From: Infirmifilum sp.
GTDB lineage: Archaea > Thermoproteota > Thermoprotei > Thermofilales > Thermofilaceae
Assembly (NCBI GenBank): GCA_041287245.1
Contig: JBEULP010000062.1
Coordinates: 1 to 64,000 of the forward strand
Direction: 5' to 3'
Length of the DNA: 64,000 nt
The position numbers and the translations under genes are program-made. This document shows positions 1 to 9,091 of the stretch, one piece after another; position 1 is the stretch's first letter, and the number at the start of each line of letters is the position of its first letter. The notes beneath the pieces are model-generated. The model was not told where the DNA came from. It saw only the letters and a program-made list of their open reading frames with translations, and made no database searches.

Positions 1-151
1 TACATTGCAGCGGGGACACGATGAGAAGCACCCTAGCCCAGGAACACCCAGAAAAATATCTCAACTGCCACGTCGGAAGCATAATCGAAATCCCACCGGC
101 ACGTCAATAAGCGAAGAGAGGACACGGCTAGAATACCCCAGCCACAGAGCT

Positions 152-228
152 CATAGTCTATACACTTCTATCAGTGGGCTTTCAGATCAGATTAAAGCTA
201 TGGAAGAAAAATGGCATTTAGACACTAC
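152..228. repeat. 77-bp direct repeat, copy 1 (copy 2 at 2811-2887)
   Basis: CATAGTCTATACACTTCTATCAGTGG...TTTAGACACTAC matches 2811-2887 with 5 substitutions by eye. Confidence 0.9.
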
Positions 229-263
229 TATCTTCTCCGAATCATACGCGAATCTCTCTATTA

Positions 264-557
264 TCATATCTGCTTAGATCGCATCTCTTCTCTCAAAGTA
301 TTAAGTATGGAAAAGAGTGAGAGCATGGCGCAGCTGACTGCGTAATAACCTTTTCGGGTTAAGATGAATCCGTCTCCACTCTCTTCAATATAGACAAGTA
401 GTTTCGCTACATAAAGCCCTTTCGAGAATGAGCATACTGATTTGCCGAGGATATTCTCAAAGATTTTCTTGTTAAGTCTCGTGTTCAAGAGATAATAATA
501 GGCGAGCTCTTTCCTGTTAAGTCTTTTTTCTCTAACAACAGGTATTAATCCCCACAC
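264..557 (-). pseudogene. Gene fragment, possibly the C-terminal part of a HemN-like radical SAM protein
   Basis: 97-aa ORF with a 'GFILTRKGYY' segment like HemN C-terminal domains; no N-terminal domain, and it abuts the coiled-coil gene. Confidence 0.3.
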
Positions 558-565
558 ATCTTTTA

Positions 566-1099
566 TTAAAACAACATTTTCAGTATCAATGGAACAAGTA
601 TTGTGGAGGCCAACGTGATCACTATCGCGATCAGAGAAGCCCTGACGACGCTGTACAGATCGTTCATTCTCGCTTCTAATCCGCTCATCCTTGTCTCCAA
701 CACACTTAGTCTTGTCTCTAGATTGCCTATTCTTGCATCCAACCCACTTATCATCGTCTCGAGACTGCTTACCTTTGTCTCTAATCCGCTTATTCTTGTC
801 TCCAGATTGTTTACCTTTGTTTCTAATCCGCTCATTCTCGTCTCTAATCCGCTTACCTTTGTCTCCAACCCATTTAGCTTTGCATCCAACCCATTTAGCC
901 TAGCATTTATGTAGGATCTCAGATCCTCCTTAAGTTTCTCCAGATCCTCCTTGGTGGCAATCTCCCTCGATATGGCCAGAAGCATTGCCTTCCTGAGCTC
1001 TCTGTGCCTTAAAACCTCGGGCAGAAGCTCCTCAGCTAATGCTACCTTCAGCTCCTCATCTCCCCTCAGCTCCTCCAGAAGCTGTCTGCCGATCGACAT
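566..1099 (-). CDS. Coiled-coil heptad-repeat protein with C-terminal membrane anchor (paREP-like)
   Basis: ATKEDL motif, about 11 xxGLETK/R heptads, hydrophobic C-terminus. Confidence 0.8.
   Translation of the reverse strand: MSIGRQLLEELRGDEELKVALAEELLPEVLRHRELRKAMLLAISREIATKEDLEKLKEDLRSYINARLNGLDAKLNGLETKVSGLETRMSGLETKVNNLETRISGLETKVSSLETMISGLDARIGNLETRLSVLETRMSGLEARMNDLYSVVRASLIAIVITLASTILVPLILKMLF
668..900. repeat. Imperfect 21-nt tandem repeat encoding the heptads
   Basis: Units such as TCTAATCCGCTTACCTTTGTC recur every 21 nt. Confidence 0.8.
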
Positions 1100-1336
1100 G
1101 TCCTTGCTGTGTAAACTAAGGCGTTTGCATATAAAAAGATATCACATTTTCACGCCTTAGTTGGACTATCGTAAAGTCGCTATCTCACATGTTTGTCCTT
1201 TTTCTCTCATCTTCCGGTTTAAAGCCCGATTCCGAGCTATGTGGCCTTAAATAGGCTTACGTAGCTCTTGGGTTCTTCAGCCCTTTCATGGTGAGCCCAC
1301 TTTAAACGTTCATAAGCTTACCGAAGAGCTTTGGGC

Positions 1337-1468
1337 TTAAGGTAGACCCTGTGACCAAACCTTCTCAACTTTTATGCCAAGCTTGGAAGCAATTTCATTG
1401 AGCAATGCAAATGTTGTGCTATACATCTCCTTAAGAGCAACAATCTTATCCCCAGGCCTCAGCCTCAA
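1337..1468 (-). pseudogene. Fragment of a PLP-dependent Cys/Met metabolism enzyme (cystathionine gamma-synthase-like)
   Basis: Manual translation LRLRPGDKIVALKEMYSTTFALLNEIASKLGIKVEKVW resembles the family segment LxPGDxIVxxxDLYGGTxxL...GIxV; flanked by stops. Confidence 0.5.
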
Positions 1469-1574
1469 CACGAGTATCTAGTACAATAGTCTTATCATCT
1501 CCCTAACCACTGTTGCTATGGCCACATAGATTTTTATGAAAGAATTGTGTAGAGGAAAAACAGGTGTATGAGTC

Positions 1575-1964
1575 TTGAGAAAGATTAGACTTGCAAGTGA
1601 ATGGGTTGAGAAGGCAGAGGTTTTCCTTAGTGACTCTGAAAAGCACCTAGGCGAAGGCCACTATTGGCTAGTTTGTTTTGAGGCTCATCAAGCAGCTGAA
1701 CTATATCTAAAGTCTCTGCTTGTCTCTATAACAGGATTTCATCCATATACACATGATTTGCTAGAGCTTCTTGACGCTGTAAAAAGTATTGGCGTTGAGG
1801 TGGAAGACGATGTTATAACAGCATGCGAGATTCTCACGCCACACTACATATTATCCCGATACCCTGGTAAAAGAGCTATAGCCTATACCAAGACACGTGC
1901 TGAGAGATGTGTGTTCTATGCTAAGAAGATTGTTGAATGGGTGAAGAGATTTGCAGACCCTTGA
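1575..1964 (+). CDS. HEPN domain protein (HEPN-MNT toxin)
   Basis: CFEAHQAAELYLK, THDL, SRYP motifs; overlaps the MNT gene. Confidence 0.85.
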   Translation: MRKIRLASEWVEKAEVFLSDSEKHLGEGHYWLVCFEAHQAAELYLKSLLVSITGFHPYTHDLLELLDAVKSIGVEVEDDVITACEILTPHYILSRYPGKRAIAYTKTRAERCVFYAKKIVEWVKRFADP

Positions 1965-2295
1965 ACAGCTTAAAAATCTTATGGTCAAGAAATTTTATGA
2001 GAATGTTGTTTCTAGGGAAAAGCTATTCAGAGAATTTGTTGAAGAGTTGTGTCGTTCTAGACTTGTTGAAGAGGTTTATTTAGTGGGTTCGAGGGCAAGA
2101 GGAGACAATATTCCTTCAAGCGACTTTGACATTATAATCGTTGTTAACAACAATATGGATCTAATTGAGACGCTAGAAAGAGTGTATAAGTTGAAGAAAC
2201 ATCCTATACCCATAGACATCATAGCCCTGCATAGCGAAGACCTTAACGATCCACTATACAAAGAAATGCTTAAAGATAGAAAAAGGCTATGCTAA
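1951..2295 (+). CDS. Minimal nucleotidyltransferase (MNT antitoxin)
   Basis: GSRARGDNIPSSDFDIIIV motif (GSx10DxD). Confidence 0.88.
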   Translation: MQTLEQLKNLMVKKFYENVVSREKLFREFVEELCRSRLVEEVYLVGSRARGDNIPSSDFDIIIVVNNNMDLIETLERVYKLKKHPIPIDIIALHSEDLNDPLYKEMLKDRKRLC

Positions 2296-2352
2296 ACCAT
2301 CCCCCAACAATAACATCAAGACCTTCAGTTGTAACTGCATTATTTTTATAAG

Positions 2353-2768
2353 ATGTTTGATGAAGAAGATGGCGAATACCTAGTTTCACTATCTGAGGAG
2401 GAGATACGTTTCTGTGAGAAGCTTAGACTTAGCATAGGAGCTAGTATTCTTAGAGATCGGGAGAGATGGATAGGTAAAGTAAAAGAAGCTGCTAACGAAA
2501 ATACTGGCATCAAATATGATTGGTGTCTACCTGTTTGGAAGTGCGGTTACAGGAGAGCCGGTCGCCTCTTCTGATGTTGACCTGCTGGTTGTTGAAAAAC
2601 CTACCAAAGTCCATCCTTAGCAGGTCAGAATTAAAAGAAAAAATAATAGACAAATCCGGCCTGCCTCCGGCTCATCCATTTGAGATTCACTTAGTAGATG
2701 AGGATGAGGCATAGATTTACTTTAAGCATATTGGCAAGAATTCCTTAAATTATGAAAATTATGAGTAA
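2353..2768 (+). pseudogene. Decayed second HEPN-MNT pair (HEPN C-terminal remnant plus frameshifted MNT)
   Basis: VYLFGSAVTGEPVASSDVDLLVV is read in a third frame at about 2525-2595; the C-terminus ...HPFEIHLVDEDEA is in another frame with an internal TAG at 2712-2714. Confidence 0.7.
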
Positions 2769-2810
2769 CTTTATTCGCTAGGTTAATGAAAGTTAATAAA
2801 ACAGTCGAAG

Positions 2811-2887
2811 CATAGTCTATACACTTCTATCAGTGGACTTTCAGATCAAATTGAAGCTATGGAAGAAAAATGGTATTTAGACGCTAC
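2811..2887. repeat. 77-bp direct repeat, copy 2
   Basis: Matches 152-228. Confidence 0.9.
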
Positions 2888-3317
2888 GACCAAACGGACT
2901 GCGGGGTTTGGTTTTTATGGCTACTTTCACGTTTCTCTCCCCCAACTACTAGTACAGCAGGGGATTTTGCTAATATAGTCCGTTTATATCCAGCCCCCAC
3001 TACCCACTTCTCAACAGCCATCCCCCATCCAGGGGGTACACCCCGCGCCCACCCCTGTGTAAGGTGAGAAAGCTCATGGAATTTCCCAAGTGTAGCCAGA
3101 AGCACCCCCAACGGGCATAAACAAACCCCGCAAACATTAAGAGGAAAACAGCCCTGGACGAGCATACGATGCCTTCGCGGTTCCCTGCCGTAGCAGCTCC
3201 AAGACGGTGGTGCTCGGGCGCTAGCCCGGGTGATGGCCCTCCAAGGATCGTGGTGACGCCGGCCGTGCCTGACGGGACGAGCCCCCACGTTTCCCCGCTG
3301 AAAGCGGCGAACCCCAG

Positions 3318-3875
3318 CTATATCGGGTACCCGAAGTTGCTCTCGGCCTCACTGAGCCCCGGGCACCCCCTATCCCTCTCGCTCAGCATCGCCCCCTCCC
3401 TGATGGGCCACGGTATCCCCAGCTCGGGGGCGTCCCAGCGGATGCATCTCTCGTGCTGGGGGCTGTACTCCTTGGTGACCAAGTACAGGAAGTGGGAGTC
3501 TTCGAGGGCTTGGAAGCCGTGGGCGAAGCCCGGCGGTATCCACATGAGCCTGCCAGGCGTCAGCTCGACCATGACGTACCTGCCGTGCCAGGGCGAGCCC
3601 ACCCTAATGTCCACAGCCACGTCGAAGACCTTGCCCGAGGCCACTGTGACCAGCTTCCCCTGTTCCATCGGCTTAAGCTGGTAGTGCAGCCCGCGCACCA
3701 CCCCACGCCTCGAGAAGCTGAGGTTCACCTGGACGAAGTCGTAGGGCACACCACCCGACAGAAACTCTGTTCTCTTGTAGAGCTCTGCGAAGAAACCCCT
3801 CACGTCCTCGAAAACCTTAGCCTCTATAAGCACGACGTCCGGAATGCCTAGCCGCTTGAAGCCGAACGGCATCAA
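3318..3875 (-). CDS. rfbC: dTDP-4-dehydrorhamnose 3,5-epimerase
   Basis: DVRGFF, RGLHYQ, DVAVDIR, GFAHGF motifs. Confidence 0.95.
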   Translation of the reverse strand: MMPFGFKRLGIPDVVLIEAKVFEDVRGFFAELYKRTEFLSGGVPYDFVQVNLSFSRRGVVRGLHYQLKPMEQGKLVTVASGKVFDVAVDIRVGSPWHGRYVMVELTPGRLMWIPPGFAHGFQALEDSHFLYLVTKEYSPQHERCIRWDAPELGIPWPIREGAMLSERDRGCPGLSEAESNFGYPI

Positions 3876-4765
3876 ACCACCTCCCTGTAAGACTTCACGA
3901 AGTGCTCAACGCACTCCCTTAGGGGGGGCATCGCCAGCCCTAGCGAAGACGCCTTAGAGGTATCAAGGCTTGAGTCTCTAGGGCGTCGGGCGACGAGCTT
4001 CGCGCTCCCCATCGGGACAGGCCTCACCAGGGCCTTGTCAGCCCCAGCCGCCTCGGCTATCATCAGCGCGAAATCCACGCGTGAAGCCCTCTCCCCTGCA
4101 AGGTGTAAGACGCCGGACACGCCGCGCTCGACCGCACGCACAAGCCTTTGAGCTAGAAATGGCACGTAGGTCGGTGAGAGATACTGGTCGCTGAACGCGT
4201 TGACAGCCGAGCCCCTCGCGAGGCTCTCAAGCGCTATGAGCCCGAAGTTCTTCTTCCCCGTGGGGCTGAAGCCGAAAAGCCCACTCACGCGCACTATCAG
4301 GGCTCTCTCCTGCAACCGGCTAGCCACCGCAACCTCCCCGAGAAGCTTCGTCAAACCGTAGAAGTTAACCGGAGCAGGGATATCATCCTCCCTGTAAAGC
4401 CCCCTCTCCCCGTCGAAGACGTAGTCTGTCGACACGTAGACGAGGAAGGCCCCAGCCGAGGCCGCGGCCCCAGCGAGCCAGCTTGTCGCTAGATAATTAA
4501 CACGGTGTGCAAGAGCCCTATTGGTCTCACAACCGTCCACGTCCGTGTACGCGGCCGTGTGCACCACAACCTCAGGTTTCACGCGGGAGAGACAGGTTTC
4601 AGCCCCTCTCGGATCCTCCAGATCTATGGGAACCCATTCTACGCCCTCGAGAGGCGGAGGCTGAGACCTGTGAAAAGTAGCGTAAACCTCGTGGCCGCGA
4701 GAGACGAGATGGCTGAGTAGGTGGTATCCGAGAAGCCCGGTACCCCCTGTGACCAGCACCCTCAT
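3872..4765 (-). CDS. rfbD: dTDP-4-dehydrorhamnose reductase
   Basis: GGTGLLG, AAYTDVDGCE, STDYVFDG, YGLTK; start set to ATG 4765. Confidence 0.93.
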   Translation of the reverse strand: MRVLVTGGTGLLGYHLLSHLVSRGHEVYATFHRSQPPPLEGVEWVPIDLEDPRGAETCLSRVKPEVVVHTAAYTDVDGCETNRALAHRVNYLATSWLAGAAASAGAFLVYVSTDYVFDGERGLYREDDIPAPVNFYGLTKLLGEVAVASRLQERALIVRVSGLFGFSPTGKKNFGLIALESLARGSAVNAFSDQYLSPTYVPFLAQRLVRAVERGVSGVLHLAGERASRVDFALMIAEAAGADKALVRPVPMGSAKLVARRPRDSSLDTSKASSLGLAMPPLRECVEHFVKSYREVV

Positions 4766-4769
4766 AGCC

Positions 4770-5753
4770 TCACCACGGCTCATCCGACAACACGTACCTC
4801 TCGTCCACCAGGGGCCTCCACCACCAATCGTTCTTCAGGTACCACTCTACAGTCCTCTTCAACCCCTCAGCTAGCCCCACCTCAGGCCTCCATCCGAGCC
4901 TCCTTATCTTCTCACATACCATTGCATACCTCCTATCGCCCCCGGGTCGGTCACCGACACGTACATAACTTGAAGCCGGGTCCACACCCATCACCTCGGC
5001 TATCCTCCTGACAACCTCCACCACGGTCGCAAACTCACCCCTACAAACGTTGTACACCTCCCCGTCCATACCAGCTTCCACCACTGCGAGAATAGCCTTT
5101 GCACAGTCCTCCACGTAGAGCCAGTCCCTCACCTGGCCACCGTCCCCGTACACCACCGCAGGCTTTCCGTGCAGGAGCCTGATAATAGTCTTGGGGACGA
5201 GCTTCTCGGGGTGCTGGCGCGGCCCGTAGTTGTTACAGGGGCGGACAATCCGGTAGCGCAAACCATAAGTCCTTCCATAGGACATCACCAGGAGGTCCCC
5301 GCCACCCTTCGAGGCGGAGTAGGGGCTCGATGGGCGTAGAGGAGATTCCTCAGAAGCGAAGCCCTCGGCAATGTCCCCGTAAACCTCGTCTGTCGAGACG
5401 TGTACGAGCAAGACCTCCCTGTGGCGGCGCAGCACCTCCAGCATGGCGTAAACTCCGAGCACGTTGGTCCTGATGAAAGGCGCGGGGTCGTTTATCGACC
5501 TGTCTACATGTGTCTCAGCGGCGAAGTTCACCAGGACTTCAGGCTCAAAGCGCTTTAACACGTCGCCGAGCAAGGCTTCGTCTCCAATATCCCCCTTCAC
5601 CAGCTCTATCTTTTCGGAAACCTCCTTCAGGTTCTCAGGCCTCCCGGCGTAAGTAAGCTTGTCGTATACGAGCACATCCCACCCGCGCTCCAAGGCGACA
5701 CGTACAAAGCTACTCCCTATGAAGCCCGCCCCGCCTGTCACTAGAACCCTCAA
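4770..5753 (-). CDS. rfbB: dTDP-glucose 4,6-dehydratase
   Basis: GGAGFIG, AAETHVDRSI, STDEVYG, YSASK, NNYGP. Confidence 0.95.
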   Translation of the reverse strand: MRVLVTGGAGFIGSSFVRVALERGWDVLVYDKLTYAGRPENLKEVSEKIELVKGDIGDEALLGDVLKRFEPEVLVNFAAETHVDRSINDPAPFIRTNVLGVYAMLEVLRRHREVLLVHVSTDEVYGDIAEGFASEESPLRPSSPYSASKGGGDLLVMSYGRTYGLRYRIVRPCNNYGPRQHPEKLVPKTIIRLLHGKPAVVYGDGGQVRDWLYVEDCAKAILAVVEAGMDGEVYNVCRGEFATVVEVVRRIAEVMGVDPASSYVRVGDRPGGDRRYAMVCEKIRRLGWRPEVGLAEGLKRTVEWYLKNDWWWRPLVDERYVLSDEPW

Positions 5754-5765
5754 CTTACATCACCG

Positions 5766-6830
5766 CTAAAGGTAAACCTCAGAGTAGTCCCCGACGCTGA
5801 GCCTTAACAACCTGCGATCCCCTGCCTTCCTAACAATCCTCGCGTAACGCCCAACGAGGCTCTCTTCCATCCTCTCCACCCCCTCCACCACGGCACCTTC
5901 CAACAGGATACTATGCTCCAAGGCGCTGTCAACAACCCGCACACCCCTACTCAGGCTCGTGTAAGGCCCTATGAAAGACCTCTCCACCACAGCCCCCTCC
6001 CCAACGAAAACCGGCCCCCGCACAACACTGTCGATAACCCTGGCACCCCTACCGATCATCACACGCCCCTCAACCCTCGAGCCGCTAACCTCACCATCAA
6101 TCCTACGCTCAGCCCTCCCATCCAACAACAGGTAGTTCGCCGTAAGGACGTCGTCCTTCTTCCCCGTGTCAAGCCACCACCCCTCAACCACCCGGTACCC
6201 CACCCTGTACCCCCAGTCGAGCAGAAGCTGTATAGCATCCGTTATCTCGAGCTCCCCCCTCCAGCTCGGCTTAACCGAGTCAATCGCCTTGAAGATGACC
6301 GGTGTGAAGAAGTAGACGCCCACCAAGGCCAGGTTGCTCGGCGGCACCTTTGGCTTTTCAACCAGCCGTACAAGCTTCCCGCTCGCATCGAGCTCAGCCA
6401 CGCCGAAACGCGTAGGGTCGTCAACCTCCTTTAAAAGCACCATTGCATCATAACCCTCCTTCTCAAACACCTCCACATAACTCCTTATACCCTGCTCGAG
6501 CAGGTTATCACCCAGGTAGACCACGAAGCTGTCATCGCCCACGAAGCCCCGGCACAGGCCCACGGCGTGCGCGATGCCCAGGGGCTTCCCCTGCTCAACG
6601 TACGAAACCCTGGCTCCGAAGCGCGAGCCGTCCCCGTAATACTGCCTGACAAGCTCAGGGAAAGTCTCCCCAAGCACAATCGCCACATCACGGATGCCTG
6701 CCGCCACGAGGTCTTCCAAGACCCACTGCGACACAGGCTTCCCGGCAACCTCGATCAACTGCTTCGGACCTGAGAACGTCAACGGCCGCAGACGTGTGCC
6801 GGCACCACCATGCAGAACAACACCCTTCAT
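5766..6830 (-). CDS. rfbA: Glucose-1-phosphate thymidylyltransferase (long form)
   Basis: GGAGTRLRPLT...PKQL, GELEITDA, C-terminal hexapeptide region; start set to ATG 6830. Confidence 0.93.
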   Translation of the reverse strand: MKGVVLHGGAGTRLRPLTFSGPKQLIEVAGKPVSQWVLEDLVAAGIRDVAIVLGETFPELVRQYYGDGSRFGARVSYVEQGKPLGIAHAVGLCRGFVGDDSFVVYLGDNLLEQGIRSYVEVFEKEGYDAMVLLKEVDDPTRFGVAELDASGKLVRLVEKPKVPPSNLALVGVYFFTPVIFKAIDSVKPSWRGELEITDAIQLLLDWGYRVGYRVVEGWWLDTGKKDDVLTANYLLLDGRAERRIDGEVSGSRVEGRVMIGRGARVIDSVVRGPVFVGEGAVVERSFIGPYTSLSRGVRVVDSALEHSILLEGAVVEGVERMEESLVGRYARIVRKAGDRRLLRLSVGDYSEVYL

Positions 6831-7414
6831 AGCATAACACACACTCTCCCAGCATTTAAAAATTGTGACTGAAAAGAGCAGCGAGCACCTCAAGGCTTGG
6901 TTTTGTTACATCTTGAGATGGCTTTGAAACCACGAGACCCAGAGAAGCCCGGTAGTCTAGCCTGAACCGCCGCGTGAGAACAGGGAAAGGCTGTAAGGCT
7001 TCGACTGCCACGGGTATGCCTGCTCCCTAGGTTATCTAGAGATCCAAGACTGAGAAATTTCATTCTCGGTCATGCGCGCCTTGGAAGGCGAGGCTTTTAG
7101 TTGTAAATTTTAAATTTACCCGTTGGAATTTTGGTAACCTTATTATCGCGCTTGACGCGCGTATCAAAAATCTATCCAGTTATCCTTTACAGGCATCGCG
7201 TAAATGGTTATCCTAGAAGCTTTCTGAGGAGCTAGCCGTCGATAACATATGAGTTACTTTTAATTCATCGCATGCGGCTCATGTGGAGACATTTCCGAGA
7301 TTGACCTGATACTTCGCACACCTCGCGGAGCTGTATTTCCTTGTTGATACTGTAACGTATACAGCCGTTATTGCGCCAAGTAAAGGTTATTACTTTTTCC
7401 CATGGTTTATACGT

Positions 7415-8833
7415 GTGCGGAGAGTTTTTATCGTCATAGGCCTGCTGGTTTTCATCTTCGCCGCTAGTACCGCCTACCTGGCTTTGCGGCTCGACGTCCC
7501 CGTCCGGGAAGGTTATTTTTACACGAACGGGGCTTTCCTACGCTACCTCGAGTGGGAGCCCGTCAACACACAGGCTAGGGGGCTAGTGGTCCTCTACCAC
7601 GGCTATGGTGGGAGCGCGGAGATGATGGGCTGGCTGGGAGTTGAGCTGGCGAGGAACGGGTTCCTCGCTGTAGCCTTCGACAACAGGGGGCATGGGAAAA
7701 GCTCTTCGACCTTCAGCTTCAACGCCTCCTTCGTCAAGGGCGACTTTGAAGAGCTACTGAGGCATGTTGGATACGAGGGCTGGGCGCTTGTGCTGATAGG
7801 CCACAGTATGGGCGGGTCAGCAGTCCAGTCTGCCGCGAGGAGCGGGATTCCGGTTTACGGGCTTGTAGTGCTGGCTTCTAAGCCGTTGCCGGTTGCGCCT
7901 GTAAATCGCTCACTACTGGTACTGGGAGGGCTAGACGAGATTTTTCCCCCGTCGAGTATACAGGATTTGAAGCTTCAAGGCTGGGATGTGGCTGTTTTTC
8001 CGCGAGACGACCACCTGACGATACTATATGATCCCGGCGTGATCGGCGGTGTGCTTCAATGGCTTATCGGCAGCCACGTGAACTACTCGGGTGAGAGGAT
8101 CGCGGTTACTCTTTTGCGTAGTGTCTCAGTTTTGCTTCTTCTACCGTTACTGCCGTTACTATTCACAGGGGAGAGGGCCCCTCAAAGCACCTCAATATTT
8201 TCTGGGAAGTTCTGGTTCGCCGCTCTCGGGGGTTTTCTAGCGCTTCCAATCTACTATCTCCTGTCCCTGGCGGTACCTGCCCCCGTGGCAGTCTACGTGG
8301 TGGCTGTGCTCTACGCCGAGGCGCTTGGTTTTCTAGTGGTGTTTGCCAAGCGGCTCCCTGTAGTCAGCCCCTTCGCCAGGCTTAGCCCTCAGACGCTCCT
8401 GGCCAGCGTTGGAATTGCGCTTGTATCATATGTTTTAATCCACGAGGCGTTGCAGCCTTTCCTTAACGTCGAGCCAAGCTGGTATCGCTCGTCTCTGGTT
8501 CTCGAGCTTTTACTTCTCCTGCTACCCCCTGTGTCCGTGTCTGAGCTTTTCGTGCGGCCATACCTGGGCGGCTCGGGAAGGCTGGGGCTTTTTAGGGTTG
8601 TTGCGCTGAGGATCGCATGCTTTATGACTGCTTGGGTTGGCGCGGCTCTAGTGCTTGGACAAGGAGGCTTCACGGGATACCTCTTGGTGGTGACGCTTAT
8701 GAGTATGCTGCTTATCCTGCCCATCGACGCGGCTGCCAGTTCATGGCTAGCCCGGTTTCCGCCTGCTGTAAATGCGATATGGGTTTCGCTTGTTCTAGCA
8801 GTGCTTTTAGGGGCTGTTAGCCCTGTGGTTTGA
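7415..8833 (+). CDS. Membrane alpha/beta hydrolase (N-terminal anchor, hydrolase domain, multi-TM C-terminus)
   Basis: HGYGG, DNRGHG, GHSMGG nucleophile elbow, candidate Asp (GGLDE) and His (DDHL). Confidence 0.8.
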   Translation: MRRVFIVIGLLVFIFAASTAYLALRLDVPVREGYFYTNGAFLRYLEWEPVNTQARGLVVLYHGYGGSAEMMGWLGVELARNGFLAVAFDNRGHGKSSSTFSFNASFVKGDFEELLRHVGYEGWALVLIGHSMGGSAVQSAARSGIPVYGLVVLASKPLPVAPVNRSLLVLGGLDEIFPPSSIQDLKLQGWDVAVFPRDDHLTILYDPGVIGGVLQWLIGSHVNYSGERIAVTLLRSVSVLLLLPLLPLLFTGERAPQSTSIFSGKFWFAALGGFLALPIYYLLSLAVPAPVAVYVVAVLYAEALGFLVVFAKRLPVVSPFARLSPQTLLASVGIALVSYVLIHEALQPFLNVEPSWYRSSLVLELLLLLLPPVSVSELFVRPYLGGSGRLGLFRVVALRIACFMTAWVGAALVLGQGGFTGYLLVVTLMSMLLILPIDAAASSWLARFPPAVNAIWVSLVLAVLLGAVSPVV

Positions 8834-9091
8834 GATTTTTCTATTATGTAGCGACGAGGAAAGGAGACGCTCTTAGCATCCTCTGACGTTTCATCTACCT
8901 GTCTTCCCCAAATTATCCTTTACAAGCTACAAAAAGTTTTGTAGGGGGCCACTGCCATGTCTTACCTTTTTTTGAATTTAGGCCTAGCATCGAGAGTTGC
9001 CTTGAGCTCACTACTCCATTGAACTATGTAAAAAAGACAATACAGGAAATATTAAAAAAAGTTTATATTTTAGTCTTGTTCATCATATTTA

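Noticed and set aside
2884..3317. ORF 2884-3288 or an RNA gene in the GC-rich stretch after rfbC
   Set aside because: No recognisable protein motif, cloverleaf or C/D boxes; only a short CCGCT-GAA-AGCGG hairpin.
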